A DNA stretch of 64,000 nucleotides. Origin: Candidatus Gastranaerophilales bacterium. GTDB lineage: Bacteria; Cyanobacteriota; Vampirovibrionia; Gastranaerophilales; Gastranaerophilaceae. Made by a program: the position numbers and the translations under genes. The stretch lies in the NCBI GenBank assembly GCA_944326535.1, contig CALVEJ010000102.1:1231-65230 (forward strand), given 5' to 3'. Positions 35,235-43,631 of the stretch are shown here, piece after piece; positions within the stretch are counted from its first letter, which is position 1; each line of letters starts with the position of its first letter. The notes beneath the pieces are model-generated. The model saw only the letters and a program-made list of their open reading frames with translations, did no database searches and was not told the origin of the DNA.

Positions 35235-36150
35235 TTCTATTGCGATAACACCAAGTAAGAATATAGAGAGCCAGTCCTACCCGGATTATTCCAAAGTAAG
35301 ACCAGAGATTAAGGACACTGAGTTCTACCAGCAGTCCAAACCCTACACATATACCAAGACCAATGAGAGTTCCAATCTTTCGACCGAAGTCTCTATGGAG
35401 TGCTACTGCAATGGAGTCAATGGTGGATGTAGTGACGCCTATAACGGCTAAGAGAAGAAGAATATTTAAAGTAGCATCAAACTGATACTTACTTAGAAAG
35501 AACACCAAAGATAAATAGACAGCAAAGAATACTGAAGCACATTCAAATGACCAGTTCTTACCGTTTACTTCAGCTCTTTGCCAATGCTGAATGTCAGTGA
35601 TGATTCCTGAGAGAAGAATACAGGCAGACCACATGCCCCATGTAACATCATTGACTGAGGATGAACCTGTTGTTCCTGGTTCAAAGTAATAAAGACAATA
35701 TCCTCCCATAACAAGAAGAACTAGAAGAGTACCTATGCCTTGGAAGAGATCAGTAAAAATGGATGCTGCTAATCCTTTGCGATACATCCAGATGGTGAGG
35801 AATATTCCGAAGAATGCTGAGAGACAGTATGAAGTGATTGGATCAAAGAAATTCCAGAATGTCTCGTTAAGGATTTTCAACTGAATGATGAGACAGAATA
35901 TCTGAATCAGATTGGTGAAAACCTTAACAGGCTTTTGATCCAATACTCTCTGTTGTAGGTATCCGGATTTGTATAAAATACCGAATATGGCAAGAGTGAT
36001 GCAGTTGGCAAATGCCCAAATCAGAAAAGCTTCCAGACCTTTCTGTTGAGCAATCTGCATCCCTAAGATTAAGGAGGTACCCCAAGCCCATGAAATGGCA
36101 ATGGAGGTACCAATATACATTGAAGATAATAAACGCTTAAATATATTCAT
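35221..36150 (-). CDS. Polytopic membrane protein (about 9 TM), transporter-like
   Basis: 309 aa, hydrophobic throughout. The N-terminal IGTSIAISWAWGTSLILGMQIAQQKG resembles the first helices of solute:sodium symporter-type carriers; this similarity is weak and judged by eye. Confidence 0.6.
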   Translation of the reverse strand: MNIFKRLLSSMYIGTSIAISWAWGTSLILGMQIAQQKGLEAFLIWAFANCITLAIFGILYKSGYLQQRVLDQKPVKVFTNLIQIFCLIIQLKILNETFWNFFDPITSYCLSAFFGIFLTIWMYRKGLAASIFTDLFQGIGTLLVLLVMGGYCLYYFEPGTTGSSSVNDVTWGMWSACILLSGIITDIQHWQRAEVNGKNWSFECASVFFAVYLSLVFFLSKYQFDATLNILLLLAVIGVTTSTIDSIAVALHRDFGRKIGTLIGLGICVGFGLLVELSVLNLWSYFGIIRVGLALYILTWCYRNRNVLR

Positions 36151-36159
36151 GATTTAAGC

Positions 36160-36165
36160 ATTATA
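36160..36165 (-). promoter_or_regulatory. TATAAT box (minus strand) 9 nt upstream of the ATG at 36150
   Basis: The minus strand reads GTTTATATAATGCTTAAATC-ATG, the same TTTATATAAT box as in the 47.1-47.3 kb modules. Confidence 0.35.
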
Positions 36166-36235
36166 TAAACTAAACAATAGTTACTGATTAAAACTAATAG
36201 CGTTTATTTCTTCAAATACTGTTTAGAGGTAATTT

Positions 36236-36442
36236 ATGGAACAGACAAAGACTAACCCAAGACTGCTGACACGTAATGAAGTTGCCGCCATGCTGGGAGT
36301 CTCACGACGTACCGTATACAATGCTGTTGAACGGGGTGAATTTCCTGCTCCCATCGACATCTTCGGTATGGCTCGTTGGGAAGAGCAGACTGTGCTAGAC
36401 TTCATCAAGAAGGCTAAGAAGCATAAGCCTCTCTATAGCTGA
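36236..36442 (+). CDS. AlpA/excisionase-family helix-turn-helix protein
   Basis: LLTRNEVAAMLGVSRRTVYNAVERGEFPAP is the Phage_AlpA/HTH_17 pattern. It is the only plus-strand gene in the late block. Confidence 0.7.
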   Translation: MEQTKTNPRLLTRNEVAAMLGVSRRTVYNAVERGEFPAPIDIFGMARWEEQTVLDFIKKAKKHKPLYS

Positions 36443-36466
36443 AAATAGAATCCTTCTTAACGAACA

Positions 36467-36502
36467 AGCCCTTTCAGATCATCCTGAAAGGGCTTTATTT
36501 TT
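36467..36502 (+). terminator. Intrinsic terminator after the HTH gene, facing the end of the minus-strand paralog array
   Basis: 11-bp stem AGCCCTTTCAG/CTGAAAGGGCT, then TTATTTTT. Confidence 0.75.
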
Positions 36503-36518
36503 GATTACTTAGGTTCAG

Positions 36519-36908
36519 CTACCTGAGGGCAGAGGCCTTAATATATAGCGAAAGTGTTTGATTTACATTTGATTTAAATAATGGTAATAAATCAAATACG
36601 TTTTCTTCTGTAATTGAAATTTGCACTTCAGGAAAGTAAAGTTCTTCAATTCTAGGGTCCCACTCACTTGGGTATACTTCTGCTGCGACGATAGCAGACG
36701 GCATAAATCCTGATGCAAAAGTTATACAATATGAGTAACCTGAGGAATTAACTGCAAGCCCCGTAAGCCCTAGCGAAGGATTCAGTTTCCCAATCAAATT
36801 CTCTGTATCATTTAAATAACCAAAAGCCTTGCCTACTCTTCCAATAGTAAGGCTGGTTTTAAAATAGTTATTATTAAGAGGAGACAACATCAACTCTTTA
36901 TTCAGCAT
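36519..36908 (-). CDS. MLNKELLL-family paralog 3
   Basis: It starts MLNKELML, preceded by GGGAGGTGG. The body shows remote similarity to paralog 1 (LT[VI]G, GY.[FL]N, S.YS blocks). Confidence 0.65.
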   Translation of the reverse strand: MLNKELMLSPLNNNYFKTSLTIGRVGKAFGYLNDTENLIGKLNPSLGLTGLAVNSSGYSYCITFASGFMPSAIVAAEVYPSEWDPRIEELYFPEVQISITEENVFDLLPLFKSNVNQTLSLYIKASALR

Positions 36909-36942
36909 CATGCCACCTCCCTAAAGAAGGTGGCGTTGGATA

Positions 36943-37311
36943 TTACTGCTGAAGGATTATTTTGATTATTGCGTTTTCTGGGATAGGATTCGTTCCACCA
37001 AAACTGAAATATCCAAGCCAGTCTGATGAAAGCGCTGAATCGTTCATGCTTGCTGTAACAGATTTCACAGATGCGGTGGAACTTTGTACATACACCTTGA
37101 ATTGTGAAACGTTTAATCCAGGCCAGTGCATTGATGACTTTTCTGAAGTGACAGAGAATTGAATTTTCGTGCCCGTAGATCCTTTTAGATCTACGATTTC
37201 TATGTACCCCGAAGCATTGCACGAAGTTCCACGAGAGTTTTCTGTCTCTATGATGAAGACGGGAGTTTCCAAAACTTCTCTCGCTATTAAAAGCAGTTCT
37301 TTGTTCAGCAT
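36943..37311 (-). CDS. MLNKELLL-family paralog 2
   Basis: It starts MLNKELLL at the internal Met, with GGAGGG 8 nt upstream. Confidence 0.65.
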   Translation of the reverse strand: MLNKELLLIAREVLETPVFIIETENSRGTSCNASGYIEIVDLKGSTGTKIQFSVTSEKSSMHWPGLNVSQFKVYVQSSTASVKSVTASMNDSALSSDWLGYFSFGGTNPIPENAIIKIILQQ

Positions 37312-37362
37312 GAGAGAACCCTCCAATATTGAAGAGCTCTCCGAAGGGGTTTCTTAATCTTC

Positions 37363-37764
37363 TTAGGGGGGGGGGAGGGTTAATCCTATGTAAATATCTA
37401 TAGTTTTGCCCACATCATCCTCCGTGAAATACATAACATCATGCTTAATATATTTAGTACCCTCACCAGTTTCATATGTGAGGGCAATTGTTTCTTTGTC
37501 TTTTCTTTTCAAATACAATGTGCGCTCTGGAAAACTATCATAATTAGAAAATATAACTTCAGTATAACGGCTAGAACCACTATAACTAAATGATCTAATA
37601 GCCGCAATCGTCTTTCCATTTAACAAATGATCTGACAGTTCCCCCCAAGAACCATAAAAGTTATTAAATCCATAACCATTGAGGTCATAAGACCGATAAT
37701 CACCCACAGTCAGTTTTCTCCAACCGCTCACAAACTGTTGGAGTAAAAGTTCTTTATTCAGCAT
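37363..37764 (-). CDS. MLNKELLL-family paralog 1
   Basis: It starts MLNKELLL, with its ATG overlapping the upstream stop (ATGCTGA). It ends LTLPPP-stop inside a C10 run. Confidence 0.65.
   Translation of the reverse strand: MLNKELLLQQFVSGWRKLTVGDYRSYDLNGYGFNNFYGSWGELSDHLLNGKTIAAIRSFSYSGSSRYTEVIFSNYDSFPERTLYLKRKDKETIALTYETGEGTKYIKHDVMYFTEDDVGKTIDIYIGLTLPPP
37366..37375. repeat. G10 (C10 on the coding strand) homopolymer abutting the stop codon of paralog 1
   Basis: Read directly: TCTTA-GGGGGGGGGG-AGGG. Confidence 0.9.
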
Positions 37765-38000
37765 TCCCCATACCCCGCAGGAAGTTGTTTTCTTTCAAGC
37801 TCACTTTCATAAGCTTGCTTACAATGCTGATCTTGCCAGAAGAACAAAGCATCAAGAATATGCACCGGCCAAGATCTATCACCTTGAAGATGATGTCTCC
37901 ATGCTCTGGCACTTAATGTCTCGTCTGCCATTCCCCAAAAGAACGTATTGATCAGTTGATCAATGGCAACGAGAACTTGAAAATAATCAGGATGTTTCAT
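37758..38000 (-). CDS. Hypothetical small protein
   Basis: ORF track entry. It is translationally coupled to paralog 1. Confidence 0.55.
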   Translation of the reverse strand: MKHPDYFQVLVAIDQLINTFFWGMADETLSARAWRHHLQGDRSWPVHILDALFFWQDQHCKQAYESELERKQLPAGYGEC

Positions 38001-38044
38001 TAAACATAGGACGATATTGCTACCGTCCTATCCTTATAAGTAAA

Positions 38045-38245
38045 TTACTTCATCGAAGCCTTTACAGACTTAATGTAGTAGATAGTTTTCCAAATATCCT
38101 TGAGACAGTGAATATCTGTAGATGAAAGCTCATCAACAGACTTATCATTCATACGCTCAAGTTTCTTACGAAGTAGAGCCATGGATTCATCCATTTCTAC
38201 CTCAAGCCAAGATTTTTCTTCAACCATATGCATGCTCCGAGGCAA
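38045..38245 (-). CDS. Hypothetical small protein
   Basis: ORF track entry. Confidence 0.5.
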   Translation of the reverse strand: MPRSMHMVEEKSWLEVEMDESMALLRKKLERMNDKSVDELSSTDIHCLKDIWKTIYYIKSVKASMK

Positions 38246-38561
38246 TACGCTTAATGGAAGCTATGTCAGCTTCATCAAAGTTATAACCAAGAATATTTAA
38301 TTTGCCTGAGGTTTCCAATCCTGACTTGGCAGCCTCTTCCAATTTATCTATATCCAGTAAATCATCCTTTGTAATAAGCCCCATGGTTTTCATAAGAGGA
38401 GTATATACAGTCAGTTTTTCTTGAATAAAGACTGGAAGAAGATACTTAGCAGCACCAACACCAAAGGCTAAAAGAGATCCTTGATTTTGAACTTTTGGTT
38501 TCAGTTCCCTATCAACATACTTCATAAGAATATTGGGAACCTGATCCAGAGAAACTAACAT
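38220..38561 (-). CDS. Hypothetical protein
   Basis: ORF track entry. Confidence 0.55.
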   Translation of the reverse strand: MLVSLDQVPNILMKYVDRELKPKVQNQGSLLAFGVGAAKYLLPVFIQEKLTVYTPLMKTMGLITKDDLLDIDKLEEAAKSGLETSGKLNILGYNFDEADIASIKRIASEHAYG

Positions 38562-38574
38562 AGTAATCCTTTAA

Positions 38575-39198
38575 TTAGGCAGTAGGCGTAGTTGTTGTAG
38601 GAGCTGTCCAGTTATTATACCGAGGCATAACTTCAGGACAAATTGCAGAAGTCGAAATAGTGGTTTGGGTAATCTTGCCGACCAGAGCCTGCAAGCCAGC
38701 AATAGCCGTTGAGTTGGCTTCACAGCAACATTTAGCGGCGGAAGCAACTTGATCAATCTTGCCGTTAAGTGCCAGACCTTGTTCACGAATCTGTCCTTGG
38801 AGAAGTTGTTCACGAAGTTCAGCCTTTTCGCCGGCACACTTCTGCTGTTCTTCAAGTCTGGCAATATTAACTCGATTATTGGCGGCTTCTTCTGCCAACG
38901 GTTTAATAAAAGCATACAACTCAGTTCTGAGTTCTTTATCGTTTGCTACCGTTTGATTAAATGCACTGACAAGATTAGCATTAGCAACCTTTTCAGCCTC
39001 TAATGCTTGAACTTTCGCTTGAAGTTCTGACACATACTGAAGTTCAGCACCGGCTCCAATGCGGGCACCATTACAACCACCGAACAAACCTCCGAGAAGA
39101 CCATTACCGCAGTTGTTATTTAACAGCCCCAAAGCAGTACCAGCAATACCAAGTCCTAAGCCCGTACCGGCAACGCCTTTTGATGCAAACTCACCCAT
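38575..39198 (-). CDS. Gly-zipper / coiled-coil / Cys-cluster protein (tail-module, function unknown)
   Basis: N-terminal GVAGTGLGLGIAGTALGLL..GGLFGG, a central heptad-like region and C-terminal KCCCEAN. Confidence 0.6.
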   Translation of the reverse strand: MGEFASKGVAGTGLGLGIAGTALGLLNNNCGNGLLGGLFGGCNGARIGAGAELQYVSELQAKVQALEAEKVANANLVSAFNQTVANDKELRTELYAFIKPLAEEAANNRVNIARLEEQQKCAGEKAELREQLLQGQIREQGLALNGKIDQVASAAKCCCEANSTAIAGLQALVGKITQTTISTSAICPEVMPRYNNWTAPTTTTPTA

Positions 39199-39283
39199 AA
39201 AAATTTCCTTATAAAGGTTTAGAAATTAGATGACTCTTCACCATCTTTTCTATTAGAACTTAATCCAAGGTATTACTTTAGTC

Positions 39284-39311
39284 AAAAATATAAAGGAGCC
39301 GAAGCTCCTTT
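39284..39311 (-). terminator. Intrinsic terminator (usable in both directions)
   Basis: AAAGGAGC-CGAA-GCTCCTTT, flanked by A/T runs on both sides. Confidence 0.7.
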
Positions 39312-39315
39312 ATTT

Positions 39316-39828
39316 TTAGATCCCTACGTTAGCCAAACTTACTTCTAAAGTATCTGGATCTGCTTCATAAGGAATTGTCCAGAGTTTTCCCATCTGAAGC
39401 ATTGCTTGAGATAAAGCCTTCTGCATTTGTTCAACTGTAACCGTAGCCACAGTATTGTCAGCAAGAACCCAGACCGTAGATTTCATACCGGTAATCGAAG
39501 CCACTTCAAGAGCTCTAGCCATACGGGACTGAGAAGTTTCATCGCCGTCAAAGAGCATTCCATCCACGTCCACTTTAATGGCGGCAACCTGTTCAGCTCT
39601 TTGTTTCTTGGCTTCTTCCAGTTCCTGAGCGGCAATCTCTTCAGGAGTAGGTTCCGGTTCAGGCTCTTCCGTGTAGGTAACATCAAATTGTTCCCAGAAA
39701 GCCTTCTTTTCTTCATATTCTCCTGTTGGTTCAGGACCAAAGGCAGTATTTTCAGCCTTATCAATAGCTTGGCGAACTTCCCAAGAGTTTGAATACTCTT
39801 TTTCGTTATAAACGTACTTCTTAATCAT
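39316..39828 (-). CDS. Tail-fibre accessory protein (DUF4376-like C-terminus)
   Basis: The C-terminal ..DGDETSQSRMARAL..TVWVLADNTVATVTVEQMQKAL..W pattern resembles DUF4376. It lies directly downstream of the fibre genes. Confidence 0.5.
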   Translation of the reverse strand: MIKKYVYNEKEYSNSWEVRQAIDKAENTAFGPEPTGEYEEKKAFWEQFDVTYTEEPEPEPTPEEIAAQELEEAKKQRAEQVAAIKVDVDGMLFDGDETSQSRMARALEVASITGMKSTVWVLADNTVATVTVEQMQKALSQAMLQMGKLWTIPYEADPDTLEVSLANVGI

Positions 39829-40841
39829 TAACTTGGACTCACAAAATTAGCAATACCGAACGTACCGCACCAATGAACAACGAGAACACCTTTGGCGGCG
39901 ATTGTAGGAGCAGACCCACCAACCCATTTCCATGAAGAACCAAGGGTAACCGTAGCTGAGGCATTAGTAATGCCGATGGTCTTTGTCCATGTCTGACCAC
40001 TGGATCCATTGTTCACAGTGATCTTTACGGCACCCGTAATGCAGCATCCGTCTCTAGTCGTATTGCTAACGGTTAAGGCTGAGGATTGAGACTGAAGATT
40101 TTCATAACCACCAACATTTCCTCTGGATCCAGAGATCTTGATGTATGTACTGTCGTGGTTATGAGAAGAAGCAGCCTTGCCGTCCAGTGTGGTCTGAAGA
40201 TTCGTCACATCAGAAATAGCATGTGTATGAGCCTTGGGTGCAACACTTGTTGTATCCGCCTTAGCATTTAAAGCATCCTGAAGACCGGTAACATTACTGA
40301 TTTCATGTGTATGGCTTGTATTCGCCTTGCCTGCCAAAGCCGTATCAAGACCCGTCACTTCTGAAGTCGCGTGAGTATGTGTTGCATTGGCTTTACCGGC
40401 AAGCTCAGTCTTCGTGGCATAGGTAGCCGTAATAACATTGCCGGAAGCATCTTGAGAAGCCTTGACAGCATTTGTCGCATTGGTAGCATTGGTAGCCGTA
40501 TCAGCTGAAGTAGCATGAGTAGCATTGTCTGCTGTAGCCGCACTTTGAACCTTTTCACTTTTGGTAGCGTATGTAGAAGCCGCTTCACTCTTCGTCAGAT
40601 AATCGCCTGACGGCTGCTTGGTATTAATCGACTGCGTAAGCTCTGTCTTGGCAGCCTCAAGTTCAGCAAGAGAAGCTGTCTGGAAAGCACCTCCCGCTGT
40701 CGTACCGTCCATAATCACAGGACGATGTGTTTCCTTCACCACAAGGAGTTGACAATCAACCCCGGCAAAGTTAGCTAAGTTAGCAGTGGATACCTTTCTT
40801 TGAGCTTTGTCTAAATTAGGATCCACAGGAATATTTGCCAT
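39828..40841 (-). CDS. Tail fibre protein with HTH..VTGL repeat modules
   Basis: Repeated (A/T)HTH(A/E)xS(E/N/D)VTGL(D/Q)xAL(A/N)GKA units, typical of the phage tail-fibre repeat. Confidence 0.75.
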   Translation of the reverse strand: MANIPVDPNLDKAQRKVSTANLANFAGVDCQLLVVKETHRPVIMDGTTAGGAFQTASLAELEAAKTELTQSINTKQPSGDYLTKSEAASTYATKSEKVQSAATADNATHATSADTATNATNATNAVKASQDASGNVITATYATKTELAGKANATHTHATSEVTGLDTALAGKANTSHTHEISNVTGLQDALNAKADTTSVAPKAHTHAISDVTNLQTTLDGKAASSHNHDSTYIKISGSRGNVGGYENLQSQSSALTVSNTTRDGCCITGAVKITVNNGSSGQTWTKTIGITNASATVTLGSSWKWVGGSAPTIAAKGVLVVHWCGTFGIANFVSPS

Positions 40842-40865
40842 ATATCTTTATCCTCTATTTATCTG

Positions 40866-43631
40866 TTAGACGCCGACTTCTCCAAGATCGGCAAGTTCAC
40901 TCCAATTAAGCGGTTCTGATTTCAATCTGTAAGCACTCAGTGTCGTTGAGAGATCTGTAACCTGACTCACAGTATGGTTATGTGTAGCATTAGCCTTACC
41001 ATTTAAGGTAGTAGTCAATCCGGTAATCTGATCCTGAGTATGTGTATGCGACGTATTCGCTTTGCCTGCTAAACCTGACGTAAGAGAAGCTTGTGTTGCA
41101 TACGTTGAAGGAATATTTATCAACGTACTTAGATAGATTCTCTTACTGGATCCAATGGAGAAGGTAACATCGTCATGCCCCATGACGATCTGTGTATATT
41201 CAGAAGTTCCCTTTCTGGACAGGAATGTTAAGAGAGGCTCCCAAGAAGAAATCTCTGTTCCGATATTGGTAAGAACAGGTTCAGAACCATTGGTGCCAGT
41301 TACCTGAATGGAAGTACTGGTAGACCCATTGGAAGGAATATTCAGCTTCTTCAAAACATACTTATTAGGATCAAAGTCAGTAACCTGATCAACCGTATGC
41401 GTATGACTTGTATTCGCTTTACCGGCAAGACCTTGCGTTAAAGCCGTATTGGTAGCGTAGTCACCTGTAGGCTGCTTACTGGCTAAAGCCGCATCCAAGC
41501 CAGTAACTTCTGACGTAGCGTGCGTATGAGCTGAAGGAGTAAATGTAGAAGGAACTCCTGTCAGACCTGACCAAGAAGTAGTACCCGGAACACCCTGAGG
41601 ACCCTGATCGCCTTTATCGCCCTTATCACCCTTCGGAATGCCAATGGCAAAGGAAGGAGCTTCAGCAGTACCGCTTTTAACAACCGTAGGAGAAGCACCA
41701 GCCGCAAGACCCGTAACCGAAATGGAAATAGCAGGAGTAACGCCTGTAGGACCTTGAGGACCTTCAGCACCTGTATCCCCCTTGGCTCCTTGAACAGCAC
41801 CGATGGAAGTCCAAGCATTGGCAACCGTATCCCAGATATAAACGGTCGGAGGTGTTGTATCCGTTGTGGCATATACGTCACCTTCAGCACCAGTAGCATG
41901 AGCAGACTGAAGAGCTGAAAGAGAAGCATAAGTACCCTTAATCGTCAAACCATTTCCTGGCTCACCCTTAGGACCTTGAATACCTTGTTTGCCTTGAGGA
42001 CCTTGATCACCCACATCACCCTTCAGACCTTGAGGAATACCCAAGGCAATGGCAATGGATCCTTCATTAGGCGTGATAGTGGCAGTAGCCTGAGATCCAG
42101 GAGTAAGAGTCTGAACCGAGACAGTGGGATTCTGAAGAGCTGTAAGAGCACCTTCAAAGTCATCCTGAATGGCTTCAGCCGCTGTTTTAGCCGCTTCAGC
42201 TTTGGTTGCCGCTTGTTCAGCTAACTGGCGTTGTGAGCTGGCAGCAGTCTGCGAAGATTTTGCTTCACTAGCTGATTGAGCCGCAGCAGTTTCAGAAGCT
42301 TTGGCGTTTGTTTCACTAGTCTTGGCATTCGTCTCTGAAGTCTTCGCCGCAGTCTGAGAAGCCTTAGCTTGAGTAACACTGTTAGCTGCAGCAGAAGCAC
42401 TGGCAGAAGCAGATTCAGCACTGTTAGACGCACTGGAAGCATGTGATTCAGCTGTAGTCTTAGCAGATTCAGCACCTGTCTTGGCTGTTTCAGCAGCAGT
42501 CTGAGCATCTTTGGCAGCAGTGGCGCTATTACTCGCCGCTGTAGCAGATTCGCTCGCAGCAGTAGCCTGTTTTTCAGCTTCAGCCTGAGCTGTTTCAGCC
42601 GCTTCTTGAGCAGTTAAGGCTGTAGAGCTGGCAGACTGAGCAGTGGTAGCAAAGCTTCTGGCAGTATCAGCGTAAGTTTTCGCTTGATCTCGATATGTCC
42701 AGGCATCATTGGCTGAAGTTGTAGCCGTATCCGCTTGTTTCTTGGCTTCTGTAGCTGAAGTCTGAGCAAGAGTCGCTTGTTCCGTAGCCGTCTGAGCAGA
42801 CTGAACCGCTTCATTTCTGGCTTTCAGTGTAGCTTCTGCATCTTCCTTAATCTGAGGGAACATGCCCTGCAAAGCTTCAATGTCGAAGAGCAGATTATTG
42901 AGATTTTGAGAAACTCTGACGATATGTTCAATGTTTACGGAGTCTGTGAGAACATGATTGATGTTCATTGCCACCGTATAAATTGAACCGCCTGTAATCA
43001 CTTCAGGCAACGGAGTATCAACACCGACTTCACCCCAGTCAGGCATGGTGACCGGAGAGGTAGACCCTGTGAAGTCGTTGGCAATAGTGTTGATATAGGT
43101 GATGTTGTCGGCAGTAGTGTTAACATCTTCAATATTATCGGCAACCGTTACTACTGCTTGACCCAGGGCTTCCATATCCTGAGCAACTTGCTCAATGGTA
43201 GCCTGTCTTTCAATGATGTCTTCGTGCGCTGTATCGACAGCAGTCTTTACCAGAGCGGACTGTTCAGCATAATACTTGGAACCATAGAGCTCACCTTCTA
43301 CGGGAGTCTGTGTTTCAATCGCCCATCTCTTGGCGAGAGCTGAATAATTCTCGGCTTCTTGTGCCGCTGTCTCAGCTTTAGTCGCATTATCTTCTGCACC
43401 GAGGATCGTATCCAGATTGTCCCAAACATCCTGTACCTTATCAGCAGCATCTTGGACATTCTGAATTTCTTCCACATGTTCCGACACAAAGATCACTGAA
43501 TCTTTGAAGTCATAAACAGAGGAAATTTCCTTTAGGTGGAGATATACGGCTTTGACCACCGGATAGGCTCGATCAATCATTACACTGACTGTTCGATCCA
43601 CCGGTCCTAATGTATTTCCAATCAAACCCAA
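40866..43631 (-). CDS. Large tail fibre/appendage protein (coiled Ala/Ser/Thr-rich rod, collagen-like G-X-Y stretches, HTH..VTGL repeats)
   Basis: GDVGDQGPQGKQGIQGPKGEPG, GAKGDTGAEGPQGPTG and GDKGDKGDQGPQGVPG triplet runs. It has a long AxxSAxxA repeat region and the same SHTH..VTGL units as 39828-40841. Confidence 0.8.
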   Translation of the reverse strand: MGLIGNTLGPVDRTVSVMIDRAYPVVKAVYLHLKEISSVYDFKDSVIFVSEHVEEIQNVQDAADKVQDVWDNLDTILGAEDNATKAETAAQEAENYSALAKRWAIETQTPVEGELYGSKYYAEQSALVKTAVDTAHEDIIERQATIEQVAQDMEALGQAVVTVADNIEDVNTTADNITYINTIANDFTGSTSPVTMPDWGEVGVDTPLPEVITGGSIYTVAMNINHVLTDSVNIEHIVRVSQNLNNLLFDIEALQGMFPQIKEDAEATLKARNEAVQSAQTATEQATLAQTSATEAKKQADTATTSANDAWTYRDQAKTYADTARSFATTAQSASSTALTAQEAAETAQAEAEKQATAASESATAASNSATAAKDAQTAAETAKTGAESAKTTAESHASSASNSAESASASASAAANSVTQAKASQTAAKTSETNAKTSETNAKASETAAAQSASEAKSSQTAASSQRQLAEQAATKAEAAKTAAEAIQDDFEGALTALQNPTVSVQTLTPGSQATATITPNEGSIAIALGIPQGLKGDVGDQGPQGKQGIQGPKGEPGNGLTIKGTYASLSALQSAHATGAEGDVYATTDTTPPTVYIWDTVANAWTSIGAVQGAKGDTGAEGPQGPTGVTPAISISVTGLAAGASPTVVKSGTAEAPSFAIGIPKGDKGDKGDQGPQGVPGTTSWSGLTGVPSTFTPSAHTHATSEVTGLDAALASKQPTGDYATNTALTQGLAGKANTSHTHTVDQVTDFDPNKYVLKKLNIPSNGSTSTSIQVTGTNGSEPVLTNIGTEISSWEPLLTFLSRKGTSEYTQIVMGHDDVTFSIGSSKRIYLSTLINIPSTYATQASLTSGLAGKANTSHTHTQDQITGLTTTLNGKANATHNHTVSQVTDLSTTLSAYRLKSEPLNWSELADLGEVGV

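Noticed and set aside
36908-37222. 104-aa minus-strand ORF overlapping paralog 2 in another frame, considered as an independent gene.
   Set aside because: It has a GTG start without an SD and an Arg/Lys/Phe-rich non-native composition. Paralog 2 has an SD and the family N-terminus. It is kept only as part of the homopolymer/frameshift observation.
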